From Burkholderiaceae bacterium (GTDB lineage: Bacteria > Pseudomonadota > Gammaproteobacteria > Burkholderiales > Burkholderiaceae), in assembly GCA_947457875.1 (NCBI GenBank), contig CANGWV010000001.1, positions 1,770 to 65,769 on the forward strand: DNA of 64,000 bases, in the 5' to 3' direction. Below are positions 48,396 through 58,249 of the stretch, piece by piece. Made by a program: the position numbers and the translations under genes. Under the pieces are notes generated by a model. It saw only the letters and a list, made by a program, of their open reading frames with translations. It searched no databases and was not told the origin of the DNA. How positions within the stretch are numbered: position 1 is the stretch's first letter; each line of letters begins with the position of its first letter.

Positions 48396-48442
48396 AAATG
48401 TGATTCATATCACATATGACTAGAGTCTAAGTTAGTTATCAT
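48396..48442 (+). promoter_or_regulatory. CRP box plus -10 element: candidate class II CRP-activated promoter of the S-layer gene
   Basis: AAATGTGA-ttcata-TCACATAT (48396-48417); TATCAT at 48437-48442 places the box centre near -42; RBS AGGAG at 48491-48495. Confidence 0.75.
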
Positions 48443-48501
48443 TCATCGTCAATATTGGTTTTACTTGCCAATTTGCATCTATTAATTACTAGGAGAATTA
48501 C

Positions 48502-51500
48502 ATGGCCGTTCCAATTACCACAACAATGCAGCAACAGATTGCACAAAATTACATCGCTATTTTGGGTCGTAACCCAGATGCGGCTGGTTTCGCTTTTTGG
48601 CTTGATGTTTATGCCAATGCCAACGGCACTCCAGCAGCCCTAACAGCCATTACCAACGGTTTTGGTAACTCAGCTGAATTTAGAGGTACATACGGTAGCT
48701 TGAGCACAGAAGCCGCTATCGGATTGATGTATCAAAACGTACTCTTGCGTGCTGCTGATGCACCAGGTTTAGCATATTGGACTGGTATTGCAAATGGCTT
48801 GATCGCTAGCGGTCAGACAATTTCGAACGCGTATGCCCAAACTGGCGCGCAAATGATTTACACCGCTGCAAGCAACAATACAACCGATTCCGCCGGTATC
48901 ATCGCACGTACTAACGCAGCCATTACATCTGGTACAACCCCACCAACCACAACTTATACACTCACAACTGGTGTAGATACAGAAACAGCTTCTTTATTTA
49001 CTGGATTAGTAAATGGTGCTGCTGGAACGAACACATTTACCAACCTGGATACCTTGACTGGCAGAAACGCAAATGCGTCAACAAACACATTGCGTTTGGT
49101 TGACCTAGACAATGCCGCTCTTGCTACTGCTGCAATTACTCCAGTTGGTGCAACACTGACAAACATCGGCAATTTAGTCATTGCCGCTGCAAATGACGTG
49201 GGTACATTAGCCACAAATGCTGCACCATTCACTGGCATAACAAATGTTACTTTGACAGCTGCTGGTTCATTAACCGCATTTACTGCTGGTGCTGGACAGG
49301 CTGTGACTGTTACCAATACAGGCGCAACTGGGGCTCAATCAGTCCAAGGTGGTACTTCTCAGACTGTTACTATTACTGGCGTAGCGATTGCTGCCGCTGG
49401 AACAGGTGTAGCTGTTAACGTTGGTACAGTAACAGCTGGAACAGGCGCTGTTAACTTAACTGTTGCAAATACATCTGCAGCAGTAGCTGCTGAAGTAACA
49501 ACAGGTGGTGCCATTGCTGTAACTGGCGGTAGCACTGTGGTTGTAAACCAAACTGTTGCACAAACAGCTGCCGCAGCCGCAACCAACTTAGCTGCTGGAG
49601 CAACTGCAGTTAATACACAAGGCGCAGTTACAGTTACTGGTACCGCAACTACTACCGCAGTGACAATTAACCAAACTGCAGCAGTTGCAGCAGTTAACGT
49701 TGCCAATTCAGGCGCAGCAGGCGTTGTAGCTGGTGATACCAACGTTCTTGACGTGAACCGCGCTTCTGCAACTGCAGCTGGAACAATTACTACCGTTACA
49801 TTAAATAATTCAGGCGCTGCTGTAGTGAACTCTGGTGCGCTGACAACCCTAAACCTGGCCGGCACATTGACTACTGTCAATGCTGGAACATTGGGTGCGC
49901 TGACAACAGCAGCTAATACAGCGTTGGCAGTTAATTTGACTGGCGCGGTTTCTACAGGTGCTTTGACCATTGATACCGACATTAGAACCATTAACATCAC
50001 TGGTAGCGGCACAGCCAATACCCTTGCGGATTTAGTGAATGCAAGCGCTACTGCAGTTAACATCGGTGGTGCAGTTGGCGTAACGATTACTGCTAACACA
50101 TTGGCAGCAGCAGCTGTAATCACCTCTACAAATACTGCTGGCACAACATTGACTCAAGCCCTTGCAGTTGGTCAACAGTTTGTTGGTGGTGATGGTGCTG
50201 ACACAATTTCGATTGGTCAAACAACCACAGCCATTAATATGGGCGGCGGTAATGACGTCGTTACCATTTCCAATGAGACTTTGGGCGTAAACGGTACATT
50301 GAACGGCGGTAGTGGTACAAACACCATTGTTGCTAATACAAACGGCTCAACCCTTTCTGGTAATGGCAACATTACCAACTTCACCACATTGCGCGTTGCT
50401 GGCGGCGCTGCTGCTGGTGCGCATAATGCAACAGGCTTTACAGCCCTTGAAATTGGTGCATTGAACGGTGCCATGAGCTTTACGAACGTGGCTGCTGGCA
50501 CGGGATTAACTTATCGTGCTGCAACTGGTCAAACATCCGCATATATCCTTGCTAACTCCGGCGGTACTACCGATGTTTTAAACGTTACACTGTCTAGCGC
50601 CGCAACAATGGATGTCAATGCCTTAACTGCTGCTGGTATTGAAACAGTAAACATTACCAATACAGACACATTAACAACAGCTGCTTCAGGAATTAACACC
50701 AACGTAATGACCTTAACGGCCGCTGCTGCAACTACCGTAGTTGTTACAGGTAATGCTGGTTTGAACTTGACAGCAACTGGCTCTACTGCAGTAACCAGAT
50801 TTGATGCTTCTGGAATCACTGGTTTAGCTGCAAATGCTGCTGCTTTAGCGGTTACTTACGCCTCTTTAAACGCAACCCGTACAGCTGCTGTAGCGATTAC
50901 CGGTGGTGATGGTAACGATACATTAAGCGGAAATGCTGCTATAGATACAATTACTGGTGGCGCCGGCAATGACATCATTCAAGGTGGCACAGGTGCTGAC
51001 GTAATTGATGGTGGTACAGGTACCAATACATTTACAGCAGTTGCTAGCGGTACAGCTTCAGTTGAAGGTGCTGGTACAGGTACTACTGATGGTATGGCAA
51101 TCAACTTGGGTACCACAACAGTTACTGCAGCAACTATTAATGCAGCGTTTGGCGGCACTATTGGTTTGTCTTCAGCATCTGCAGGCTTAGCAGCAGGCAC
51201 AGCTCAATACGTATTTGCCACGCAAAGCAACTTGTTTGCAACTACAACTGATACTTTAGCGAACATCCAAAACGTAAATGGCACTGCAAGCAATGACTAC
51301 ATTGTTGGTAGCACAGCTAATAACGTAATTGCTGCTCTAAACGGCATTGACCAAATTATTCTAGGTACTGCAACTGTAGGCGGTTCAGATACAATCCGAA
51401 TTGGTTCTGGCGCAGCAGCAAATAGAGATGTAATCAGTGGTTTTACAGCTGGTGCTGTAACCACCACAGGTCAAGCTGACGTTATCAATATTAATACTGC

Positions 51501-51867
51501 ATTGGCTACATTGACGGGCACAAACAACTTTACTACTGCAGCTGCGATTCAAGAGATTGCAGCCGGTGGTGGTATAACCATTAACGCAGCTGCAGACGTT
51601 GTGCGTGTTGCTACGGGTGTAGGTACAGTTGCAGCTACTGATCTTGATGGAACAGCCTTGGTTGCTCTTACCGGCGCCATTACCGCTAATGCTAACAACT
51701 CCATACTTTTATTTGCAGTTGGAATCACTGGTGGTGGTACGGCGATTTACTACGCGGATTCTGGCGCTAATACTGGCATTGTTGCCGCTGAGATTGCTTT
51801 GATCGGCGTATTAAGTGATGTAACAGTTGGAAATCTCGTATTCTCTAACTTCAGCAACGTTGCCTAA
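48502..51867 (+). CDS. S-layer protein, RsaA/SapA-like (expressed copy): DUF4214-like N-terminal anchor domain, Ala/Thr/Gly beta-rich body, RTX Ca-binding repeats, T1SS C-terminal signal
   Basis: YIAILGRNPDAAGFAFW and MYQNVLLRAADAPGLAYW motifs; GGDGNDTL/GGAGNDII/GGTGADVI nonamers; no Sec signal peptide; adjacent T1SS; strong RBS. Confidence 0.88.
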   Translation: MAVPITTTMQQQIAQNYIAILGRNPDAAGFAFWLDVYANANGTPAALTAITNGFGNSAEFRGTYGSLSTEAAIGLMYQNVLLRAADAPGLAYWTGIANGLIASGQTISNAYAQTGAQMIYTAASNNTTDSAGIIARTNAAITSGTTPPTTTYTLTTGVDTETASLFTGLVNGAAGTNTFTNLDTLTGRNANASTNTLRLVDLDNAALATAAITPVGATLTNIGNLVIAAANDVGTLATNAAPFTGITNVTLTAAGSLTAFTAGAGQAVTVTNTGATGAQSVQGGTSQTVTITGVAIAAAGTGVAVNVGTVTAGTGAVNLTVANTSAAVAAEVTTGGAIAVTGGSTVVVNQTVAQTAAAAATNLAAGATAVNTQGAVTVTGTATTTAVTINQTAAVAAVNVANSGAAGVVAGDTNVLDVNRASATAAGTITTVTLNNSGAAVVNSGALTTLNLAGTLTTVNAGTLGALTTAANTALAVNLTGAVSTGALTIDTDIRTINITGSGTANTLADLVNASATAVNIGGAVGVTITANTLAAAAVITSTNTAGTTLTQALAVGQQFVGGDGADTISIGQTTTAINMGGGNDVVTISNETLGVNGTLNGGSGTNTIVANTNGSTLSGNGNITNFTTLRVAGGAAAGAHNATGFTALEIGALNGAMSFTNVAAGTGLTYRAATGQTSAYILANSGGTTDVLNVTLSSAATMDVNALTAAGIETVNITNTDTLTTAASGINTNVMTLTAAAATTVVVTGNAGLNLTATGSTAVTRFDASGITGLAANAAALAVTYASLNATRTAAVAITGGDGNDTLSGNAAIDTITGGAGNDIIQGGTGADVIDGGTGTNTFTAVASGTASVEGAGTGTTDGMAINLGTTTVTAATINAAFGGTIGLSSASAGLAAGTAQYVFATQSNLFATTTDTLANIQNVNGTASNDYIVGSTANNVIAALNGIDQIILGTATVGGSDTIRIGSGAAANRDVISGFTAGAVTTTGQADVININTALATLTGTNNFTTAAAIQEIAAGGGITINAAADVVRVATGVGTVAATDLDGTALVALTGAITANANNSILLFAVGITGGGTAIYYADSGANTGIVAAEIALIGVLSDVTVGNLVFSNFSNVA
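48951..48973 (+). repeat. Candidate recombination site 1, at the constant/variable junction of the expressed S-layer gene
   Basis: AACTTATA-CACTCAC-AACTGGTG; codons TYT-L-TTG; core identical to sites 2 and 3 and in the same reading frame. Confidence 0.7.
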
Positions 51868-51885
51868 TAGTTGTTTGATTTAGGT

Positions 51886-51985
51886 CCCCACCGCAGTATC
51901 GGTGGGGTCATGTAAAGCAGTAAATCCTAGTAATTAATAGAGTAATACGTTTAACCCCTATCAGCAGTGGTAGGGGTTTTTCTTT
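51886..51985 (+). terminator. 3' element of the S-layer gene: hairpin, conserved AT-rich linker, intrinsic terminator
   Basis: CCCCACCG-cagtat-CGGTGGGG (51886-51907); AACCCCTATCA-gcag-TGGTAGGGGTT followed by TTTCTTT (51953-51985). Confidence 0.85.
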
Positions 51986-52013
51986 GTTAGCTGCAATCTG
52001 TACAATTACCAGG

Positions 52014-52616
52014 ATGAAAACCCTCCTACATGTTGGCTGTGGTGCGAGCAGGATCGGACAAACTACCGCTGGATTTAATGATGGATCCTGGTCAGAAATT
52101 CGTATTGATATCAATGGCTTAAATAGTCCAGACATTATTGGCAACATGACCGACATGTCGGCAGTCCATTCAGGGTCAGTGGATGCTATCTTTTCTAGTC
52201 ATAACATTGAGCACTTATACTCCCACGAAGTACAGGTAGCATTAGCTGAATTTCATCGGGTATTAAATTCGCAAGGATTTTGCGTGATTACCTGCCCCGA
52301 TATCCAATCGGTATGCGCTTTAGTGGCACAAGACAAGTTACTGGATCCGGCCTATATTTCACCAGCTGGCCCCATAGCGCCCATTGATATCCTTTTTGGG
52401 CATCGGCCAAGCATGGCTCAAGGCAATCTGTTTATGGCCCATCGCACTGGTTTTACCGAAAAAACGTTAATAGCCACCCTCCAAGAGGTTGGATTTATGA
52501 CGGTAGCTACCATGAAAAGACCGCAACACTTTGATCTTTGGGCGCTAGGGACTAAATCAGCCGTCTCAGAAGCCAAAATTCAAGAGTTAGCAAAGGCGCA
52601 CTTTCCTAAAGGGTAG
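52014..52616 (+). CDS. Class I SAM-dependent methyltransferase
   Basis: MKTLLHVGCG, DAIFSSHNIEH, EFHRVL..G, AHRTGFT. Confidence 0.85.
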   Translation: MKTLLHVGCGASRIGQTTAGFNDGSWSEIRIDINGLNSPDIIGNMTDMSAVHSGSVDAIFSSHNIEHLYSHEVQVALAEFHRVLNSQGFCVITCPDIQSVCALVAQDKLLDPAYISPAGPIAPIDILFGHRPSMAQGNLFMAHRTGFTEKTLIATLQEVGFMTVATMKRPQHFDLWALGTKSAVSEAKIQELAKAHFPKG

Positions 52617-52734
52617 ACAGCTAACGAGTCAATTTAGGCCAATTTGGTAAAAACTAGGGTGGATAAAGCGGGGTGGGCACCTCAAAACCCACTGATTTAT
52701 AATCCATTCTTTATCCAATAGACGAGATACAGCT

Positions 52735-52938
52735 ATGACCACAGTAACAGTCGATAACAAAGAATATGAATTTGAGTCCCTCTCTGAGGAGACAAGAGCG
52801 CAATTTGTAAGCCTGCAATTTGCTGACCAAGAAATTGCCCAGTTGCAAGCCCGTTTAGCGGCAATGCAAACGGCGCGTAATGCCTATGCCCAAGCTTTAG
52901 GCAATTTATTGGCTGAAAAAGACGCTGTTGTTCAGTAA
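52735..52938 (+). CDS. Small DUF6447-like protein, copy A
   Basis: MTTVTVDNKEYEFESLSEETRAQFVSLQFADQEIAQLQARLAAMQTARNAY; paralog at 58250-58459. Confidence 0.8.
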   Translation: MTTVTVDNKEYEFESLSEETRAQFVSLQFADQEIAQLQARLAAMQTARNAYAQALGNLLAEKDAVVQ

Positions 52939-52949
52939 TTAAAGGCGCT

Positions 52950-54527
52950 CTAAGATGCAGAGTGCTGGGTCTGATTAAGCAACTCAATCAGAGTTGCTTC
53001 CAAAGATTTTGTAAATTGAGCAGATTGCATTAAGGGGGAGGTCAGCATCTCCTCCCTTAGGGATTGCCGGTACTGAATAAGCATTTCTGGGCTGGCGGCA
53101 AGCTCTATAGCCTTTTGGACATACCCTTTTTCATCTTGGGTTGCGAGCTCTGGATGGCCGACGCTGGATAAAAAGGCATAGGTTTGGCGCGAAACGACCC
53201 TCGCTTGCGGCCAAGTAATCACTGGGACCCCCATATAGAGTGCCTCACAGCTAGTAACTCCGCCAGAAAATGGAAATGGGTCTAGTGCAATATCAATTTC
53301 TTTGTACTGCGCCAGCATATCAATATGAAAAGAGGGCCCTCGTAGCTCAATGCGTGAGGGATCAACCCCAAACGCTTCAAATTGATTAAGAACAGACTGC
53401 GTAAATTTCGTATCATTGAATGTACGCCATTTGAGGATCAATCTAGATCTAGGCACGCTAAGCAAAATCTGGGACCAAAGCTTATAAACGAGGTGGTTGT
53501 ACTTTAAGGTGTTGTTAAAGCTGCCAAAAGTAATATATCCCTTTTGTATGGAGGGTGGATCAGTAATGAATGGCGCAGGATCAATCGCAGGAAAATAGCA
53601 CCACCTTCCAATTGGAAGGGAAATAATTGGCTCTATAAATTGCGTATCTATCTGATCATAGCTATGCCAGCGATCCAAAAGAACGGCATCGATAGTATCT
53701 AAACCAGTAGTGGCGTAATAGCCTAGCCAGCTCACCTGAACTGGCGCTGGCCGATAAGCAAATACTGCCAGTCTTGATCCGCCAGTATGGCCCGATAGAT
53801 CAATTAGGATATCGATTTGGTCAGAGCGGATACGTGAGGCTAACTCAGCGTCCGATAAATTTTCAACTCTGAAAAAATGAGAATGCTTTGCAATGGCTTC
53901 CGTAATCGCATCTTGAGTTTGGCCACTGCTGTAGCAAAAAACAGTAAATTGATCTGTGTTGTGCTTAGCAATAATATTTCGAATTAAGATCCCAACGGTA
54001 TGCTGACAAAAATCAGCCGATACATAGCCAATTCTTATTTTTTGCGAGCTAAAGTCTTTAATCTCAGGTCTTGGGTGTGGACCGCCTGCATCATCGATTG
54101 CACGCTTTGCCCATTGCTTTGCGAGAACTAACCGCTCTTCATTACTCGAACAGGGGAGGTACTCGGAAAAGTAAATCAGGTTACGTAATACACGGGGCTC
54201 ATTCGGAAAGCGTTTGAGTAAATCCTCAAAGATTACTTGGCACTGGCCAGTTTGACCTAATTGCAATAGGGTATTAGCAAGTGCCAGTAAGAATTCTGGA
54301 TCAGCTGGAAAAAGCGTTAATCCATTACTAAGGCAGTCTCTGGCATTGCTTAAAAAACCGTATCCAAGAAAAAGTGAGCTTACTTTGAGAATAAGCTCCT
54401 TATCGGACGAATGCTGTTTTAGAAGCTTATTACAAATGGCAATGCATTGCTCGTTTTGACCAAAATGAGCATGATTTTGAGCGGCCGAAAGTGATGTTTT
54501 CCAATTAGGCATCTTAATCAAAAGCAT
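52950..54527 (-). CDS. TPR + GT41 (O-GlcNAc transferase/SPINDLY-like) protein glycosyltransferase
   Basis: N-terminal TPR-like helices; IRIGYVSADFCQHTVG, DILIDLSGHT, RPAPVQVSWLGY, TFGSFNN, DIALDPFPFSGGVTSCEALYMGVPV. Confidence 0.9.
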   Translation of the reverse strand: MLLIKMPNWKTSLSAAQNHAHFGQNEQCIAICNKLLKQHSSDKELILKVSSLFLGYGFLSNARDCLSNGLTLFPADPEFLLALANTLLQLGQTGQCQVIFEDLLKRFPNEPRVLRNLIYFSEYLPCSSNEERLVLAKQWAKRAIDDAGGPHPRPEIKDFSSQKIRIGYVSADFCQHTVGILIRNIIAKHNTDQFTVFCYSSGQTQDAITEAIAKHSHFFRVENLSDAELASRIRSDQIDILIDLSGHTGGSRLAVFAYRPAPVQVSWLGYYATTGLDTIDAVLLDRWHSYDQIDTQFIEPIISLPIGRWCYFPAIDPAPFITDPPSIQKGYITFGSFNNTLKYNHLVYKLWSQILLSVPRSRLILKWRTFNDTKFTQSVLNQFEAFGVDPSRIELRGPSFHIDMLAQYKEIDIALDPFPFSGGVTSCEALYMGVPVITWPQARVVSRQTYAFLSSVGHPELATQDEKGYVQKAIELAASPEMLIQYRQSLREEMLTSPLMQSAQFTKSLEATLIELLNQTQHSAS

Positions 54528-54609
54528 AAATTCTAGGCATAAAACCAGTTTAACTCACCCTTATTGGGTTGTCGGGGCTTGACTCTCTAGCAATACCATC
54601 GTTAAGGTA

Positions 54610-54643
54610 AATTAGTCCACTCACTACTAGTACCGACATCCAA
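54610..54643 (+). repeat. Candidate recombination site 2, head of silent cassette V2
   Basis: AATTAGTC-CACTCAC-TACTAGTACCGACATCCAA; 54618-54643 matches the reverse complement of 62856-62881 at 25/26. Confidence 0.8.
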
Positions 54644-57613
54644 TCAGCAGGTATTTTCTACGGTACAGTGAACGCTGCTTCAGGAAATAGCTTTACGCCT
54701 GGCGATCAACTCACCGGCCTAGGCTCTAATGCTTCATTAGTTTTAGCTGACGCAGGAAATGCAGCTTTAACTACTGCCTTAATTAGCCCAGGTGGTGCGA
54801 CCTTAACTAATGTAAAGAGCTTAGTAATTAATGGTAGTAACGTAGGCAATAATGTAATTAGTACTGCTGGTAACTTATTTAGTAGCCTTACAAGCGTAAC
54901 CATTAACGAAGGTGGTCAAGTTGCTTTAACAGGATCATCAACCCAAGCTCTGACATTGAATCTCAGCGCAACTGCTGCTTTGGCTAGCTCAGTAAATGGT
55001 GGTACAGCAGTAACAGTAACGTCAGTTGATGCCACTACTGGCACTTTAAATATTGGACAAACTACCGCTGGAACTGGGGCTGCTTCTGCTACCGTTACTG
55101 GTCTAGCTTATACAGCTGCTGATGCTGACAACACAATGGGCGTTATTAACGTACTCAGTGGTACAAGCGCAACTGTAACAGCCAATGCATACGCAAACAC
55201 TACTGCAGCTCTAACTGATGGAACAAACGTAACTCGTACTATGGGCGATGTTGCTATTGACGGTACCTCGACAACTGCTTCTGCAAGCGTAACGCAAACT
55301 AGGGGCGTTACTGTGCAAAACTTTGCGGCTGGAACTGCAACGGCATACGTAGTTAACGGTGTTGCTGGTGTTACAAACGGCGCAGTTACAGTACGTGATG
55401 CAACTGCAATTGCTGGTACAGCAGCTGCTAATGCTGGTACATTGGCAACGGTTACTTTGGCAAATTATGGAAACTCAACCATCAGCTCAAATGCTTTAAC
55501 TACAGTTAACCTTTCAGGTACTGGCGGCACATTGGGCATTACAACGGGTTTAACCACGCCAACTAACCGTACCTTAGCCTTAAATTTAAATGCAACAACC
55601 AACCAGGATCAGGTTGGTGCAACATACCTTACCGGCAACACTATCACCGATTCAACCGCTGCATCTGGTCTAGGTTATACAACTATTAACATTACAAATA
55701 CCGGTTCTTCTCGGTTAACAGGTATTGCTGCAGTTGATACAACTGCGGTCACTTTGGCAGGTTCTGGCACATTAACTGTCGGCACACTTAACACAATGAC
55801 CACGCTCTCAACAGTCACAGTTACAGGCTCTGCTGGTTTAAGTTCAACTGGTGCCTTTGCAGCAACTGTTACTTCGATCAATGCTAGTGGCACATCAGGC
55901 AATATGACATTGAATTTGGCTGGTTTAGAAACTGCAACTAACTTTACTGGATACTCTGGTGGTTCTGGTGTTGATACAATTACTATTGCAACAGCACCAA
56001 CAAAAGCAATTAATGGTGGAGCTGGTTCTGCTGACGTAATTGTGAATAATGCGAATACTGATATTGTTGTGGGAAATGCAAATATCACAGGATTTGAGAT
56101 TTTGCGTGCTGGCGCTGCAGCAACAGGTACATTAAGCGCTAATGGCTTCACAGGTTTGCAAATGGGTGCTGTAGCTGGTGCGATAACGTTTAATAACATT
56201 GCAGCAGGAACCGCTTTGACCTACCTAGCTAGCCCAACTGCAAATACAACGTATACGTTAACAAACTCGGCTGGTACATCTGACTCTGTAACAATTAATC
56301 TAACTACTGGATCAACATCATCTAACGGACTAATTGCTGCCGGTCAAATTACCACAACTGGCGTTGAAACTATCAACATTGTCATGACTGATACGCCAAC
56401 GTCAGCAACTACAGGCTTACAACAAGGTCGTAATGCTGCGCTAGTCAATACTATGACTTTAGCTGACGCAACTGCAACATCGATTACTGTAACTGGTAAT
56501 GCAGGTTTGACATTAACTAATACGGCCCTAGATAAGGTAACATCGTTCAATGCTAGTGGAGTGGTAGCTGGTACAGCCTTAGCAGCTGGAGCTGTTACGT
56601 ATACATCTGCAACAACAAAAGCTAACTCCGCGACAACTACTATAGCTGGTGGTGCTGGTGCTGACGTGTTAACTGGTGGCGCTACAGCTGATACGATTAC
56701 TGGTGCTGCTGGTAACGACACACTAGATGGTGGATTGGGTGCGGATAGTATCGACGGCGGTACTGGAACAAATACTGCATCTTATGCATCCATTACAACT
56801 GGTGCTGAAGGTGAAGGCGTTGGCTCAGGATCCATTTCAGGTGTTGCAATTAACTTAGGCACTACTGCCGTGACTGCTGCAGCTATTAATACTGCAATGG
56901 GTGGAACAATTGGTTTATCCGGAAGTCTAACAAGTGTAGCCTCTGGAACTGCTGCTTATATTTTCCCAACTCAAAACGTTGCATTTAGTACAGTTGTAGA
57001 TACTTTGACTAACATTCAAAATATCACCGGTACCGCTGGTACTGACTATATTGTTGGTTCAAACGGAGTGGCTAACAGAATTACTGCAGCTAACGGTATT
57101 GATACAGTTATTCTGACGGAGACTACTCCAACAGCAGATGTGCTCAATTACTTATCTGGCGCTGCAGCCAATCGTGATATTGTTACCGGTTTTGTTGCCG
57201 GCGCAACAGGTGGTGATGTTATCAATATTAATACAGCATTGCATACGTTAACAGGAGGCAATAACTTTACGAGTGCTGCTGCAATACAAACTTCCGGTGC
57301 CGCTGGTAATAAAACTATGCTAGCAGCTTCAGAAGTACTGTATGTCTCAGCCGCCACCATTGCAAACGCTACCGATGCTAACTCACTAAACGGTACTAAC
57401 GTTTTATTAGCAATGGGCGGTGACTTGACAGGAGCAATTGTCGGTCAAAATAATATCTTACTGACAGTTGGTATTGCTGGTGGTGGAACTGCCGTCTACT
57501 CCGCAACCTCTGCTGACAATGCAATTATTGCTGCTGAAATTACACTGATAGCAGTATTAAACGGCGTTGCAGTTGCAGATCTCGTATTCTCTAACTTCAG
57601 TAACGTAGCTTAA
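54620..57613 (+). CDS. Silent (headless) S-layer variable cassette V2, 997 codons from the LTT junction
   Basis: In-frame TAA at 54608-54610, then ISP-LTTSTDIQSAGIFYGTVNAASGNSFTPGDQLTG, which aligns with LTTGVDTETASLFTGLVNGAAGTNTFTNLDTLTG of the expressed gene; no anchor domain and no RBS/ATG; same LVFSNFSNVA C-terminus. Confidence 0.85.
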   Translation, partial: LTTSTDIQSAGIFYGTVNAASGNSFTPGDQLTGLGSNASLVLADAGNAALTTALISPGGATLTNVKSLVINGSNVGNNVISTAGNLFSSLTSVTINEGGQVALTGSSTQALTLNLSATAALASSVNGGTAVTVTSVDATTGTLNIGQTTAGTGAASATVTGLAYTAADADNTMGVINVLSGTSATVTANAYANTTAALTDGTNVTRTMGDVAIDGTSTTASASVTQTRGVTVQNFAAGTATAYVVNGVAGVTNGAVTVRDATAIAGTAAANAGTLATVTLANYGNSTISSNALTTVNLSGTGGTLGITTGLTTPTNRTLALNLNATTNQDQVGATYLTGNTITDSTAASGLGYTTINITNTGSSRLTGIAAVDTTAVTLAGSGTLTVGTLNTMTTLSTVTVTGSAGLSSTGAFAATVTSINASGTSGNMTLNLAGLETATNFTGYSGGSGVDTITIATAPTKAINGGAGSADVIVNNANTDIVVGNANITGFEILRAGAAATGTLSANGFTGLQMGAVAGAITFNNIAAGTALTYLASPTANTTYTLTNSAGTSDSVTINLTTGSTSSNGLIAAGQITTTGVETINIVMTDTPTSATTGLQQGRNAALVNTMTLADATATSITVTGNAGLTLTNTALDKVTSFNASGVVAGTALAAGAVTYTSATTKANSATTTIAGGAGADVLTGGATADTITGAAGNDTLDGGLGADSIDGGTGTNTASYASITTGAEGEGVGSGSISGVAINLGTTAVTAAAINTAMGGTIGLSGSLTSVASGTAAYIFPTQNVAFSTVVDTLTNIQNITGTAGTDYIVGSNGVANRITAANGIDTVILTETTPTADVLNYLSGAAANRDIVTGFVAGATGGDVININTALHTLTGGNNFTSAAAIQTSGAAGNKTMLAASEVLYVSAATIANATDANSLNGTNVLLAMGGDLTGAIVGQNNILLTVGIAGGGTAVYSATSADNAIIAAEITLIAVLNGVAVADLVFSNFSNVA

Positions 57614-57614
57614 C

Positions 57615-57718
57615 CTCCCTCAAAAAGAGAAATCCACAGATCACCGTGGGTTGCAGTAAACAAAGTAATTAATAAGTCTCAAGAAGAACCCCTATCCATA
57701 AGGTAGGGGTTTTTCTTT
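57615..57718 (+). terminator. 3' element of cassette V2 (hairpin, linker, intrinsic terminator)
   Basis: AATCCAC..GTGGGTT hairpin; AACCCCTATC..GGTAGGGGTT followed by TTTCTTT at 57687-57718. Confidence 0.8.
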
Positions 57719-57762
57719 GACTCTTATGGAGTTTTTAACGAAAAACTTGAACTAAATGGGAC

Positions 57763-58110
57763 TTAGCTTGATTGCTGGATGATCCGCTCGTCATACATCA
57801 CCTTGCTTAACTCCTTAAAGAGATTAATGGCGTTGTCGGTTGGTATTAGGAATTGCACTCGCTTATCTTCTTCACTGATTTTTCGCATCACAAACTCTTT
57901 CAAAACTAAGTGAGTAATGTAAGTTTGAATAGTAGGACCGGAGCCTAAATCCTTATTAGCCAAAAGGTCTGATACTCTCATTGTCTTATGGGTAAGGTAG
58001 GCCAGAGTGATAAGCCTGAGAATGTAGCTCTCCTTATGCTGGATGCGGTTGTTCTTATAAATTTCTTCCTCTTTTAAAGAGTAAATTAGATACTGAACAA
58101 TGGAATCCAT
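57763..58110 (-). CDS. MarR-like winged-helix protein
   Basis: MRVSDLL...SGPTIQTYITHLVLKEFV..ISEEDKRVQFLIPT (wing DxR motif). Confidence 0.7.
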   Translation of the reverse strand: MDSIVQYLIYSLKEEEIYKNNRIQHKESYILRLITLAYLTHKTMRVSDLLANKDLGSGPTIQTYITHLVLKEFVMRKISEEDKRVQFLIPTDNAINLFKELSKVMYDERIIQQSS

Positions 58111-58144
58111 ACGACCATCTTACTCTTACGACTATGGAATAAAC

Positions 58145-58246
58145 AAAGAAAAACCCCGCCGAAGTGGGGTTAGTCGTATTACTAGTACAAGGTATTACTG
58201 CAACCCACGGTGATCTGTGGGTTTCTCTTTTGAGGGAGATTAGGCA
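58145..58246 (-). terminator. Fourth copy of the S-layer 3' element, downstream of DUF6447 copy B
   Basis: 58195-58238 is a near-perfect inverted copy of 57615-57659; terminator AACCCCAC-ttcg-GCGGGGTTTTTCTTT on the minus strand. Confidence 0.75.
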
Positions 58247-58249
58247 GAA

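Noticed and set aside
54543-54558. AACCAGTT-TAACTCAC, resembling an extra half-site upstream of site 2
   Set aside because: Core and spacing do not match; short enough to be chance.
54668-57613. ORF-track starts for V2 (GTG 54668) and V3 (TTG 62792) as independent genes
   Set aside because: No RBS is evident, and homology to the expressed gene extends upstream of these codons to the CACTCAC/LTT junction, so they are internal codons.
58180-58188. TACTAGTAC matching the right arm of sites 2 and 3
   Set aside because: No CACTCAC core and no downstream cassette; it lies in the 3' element linker.
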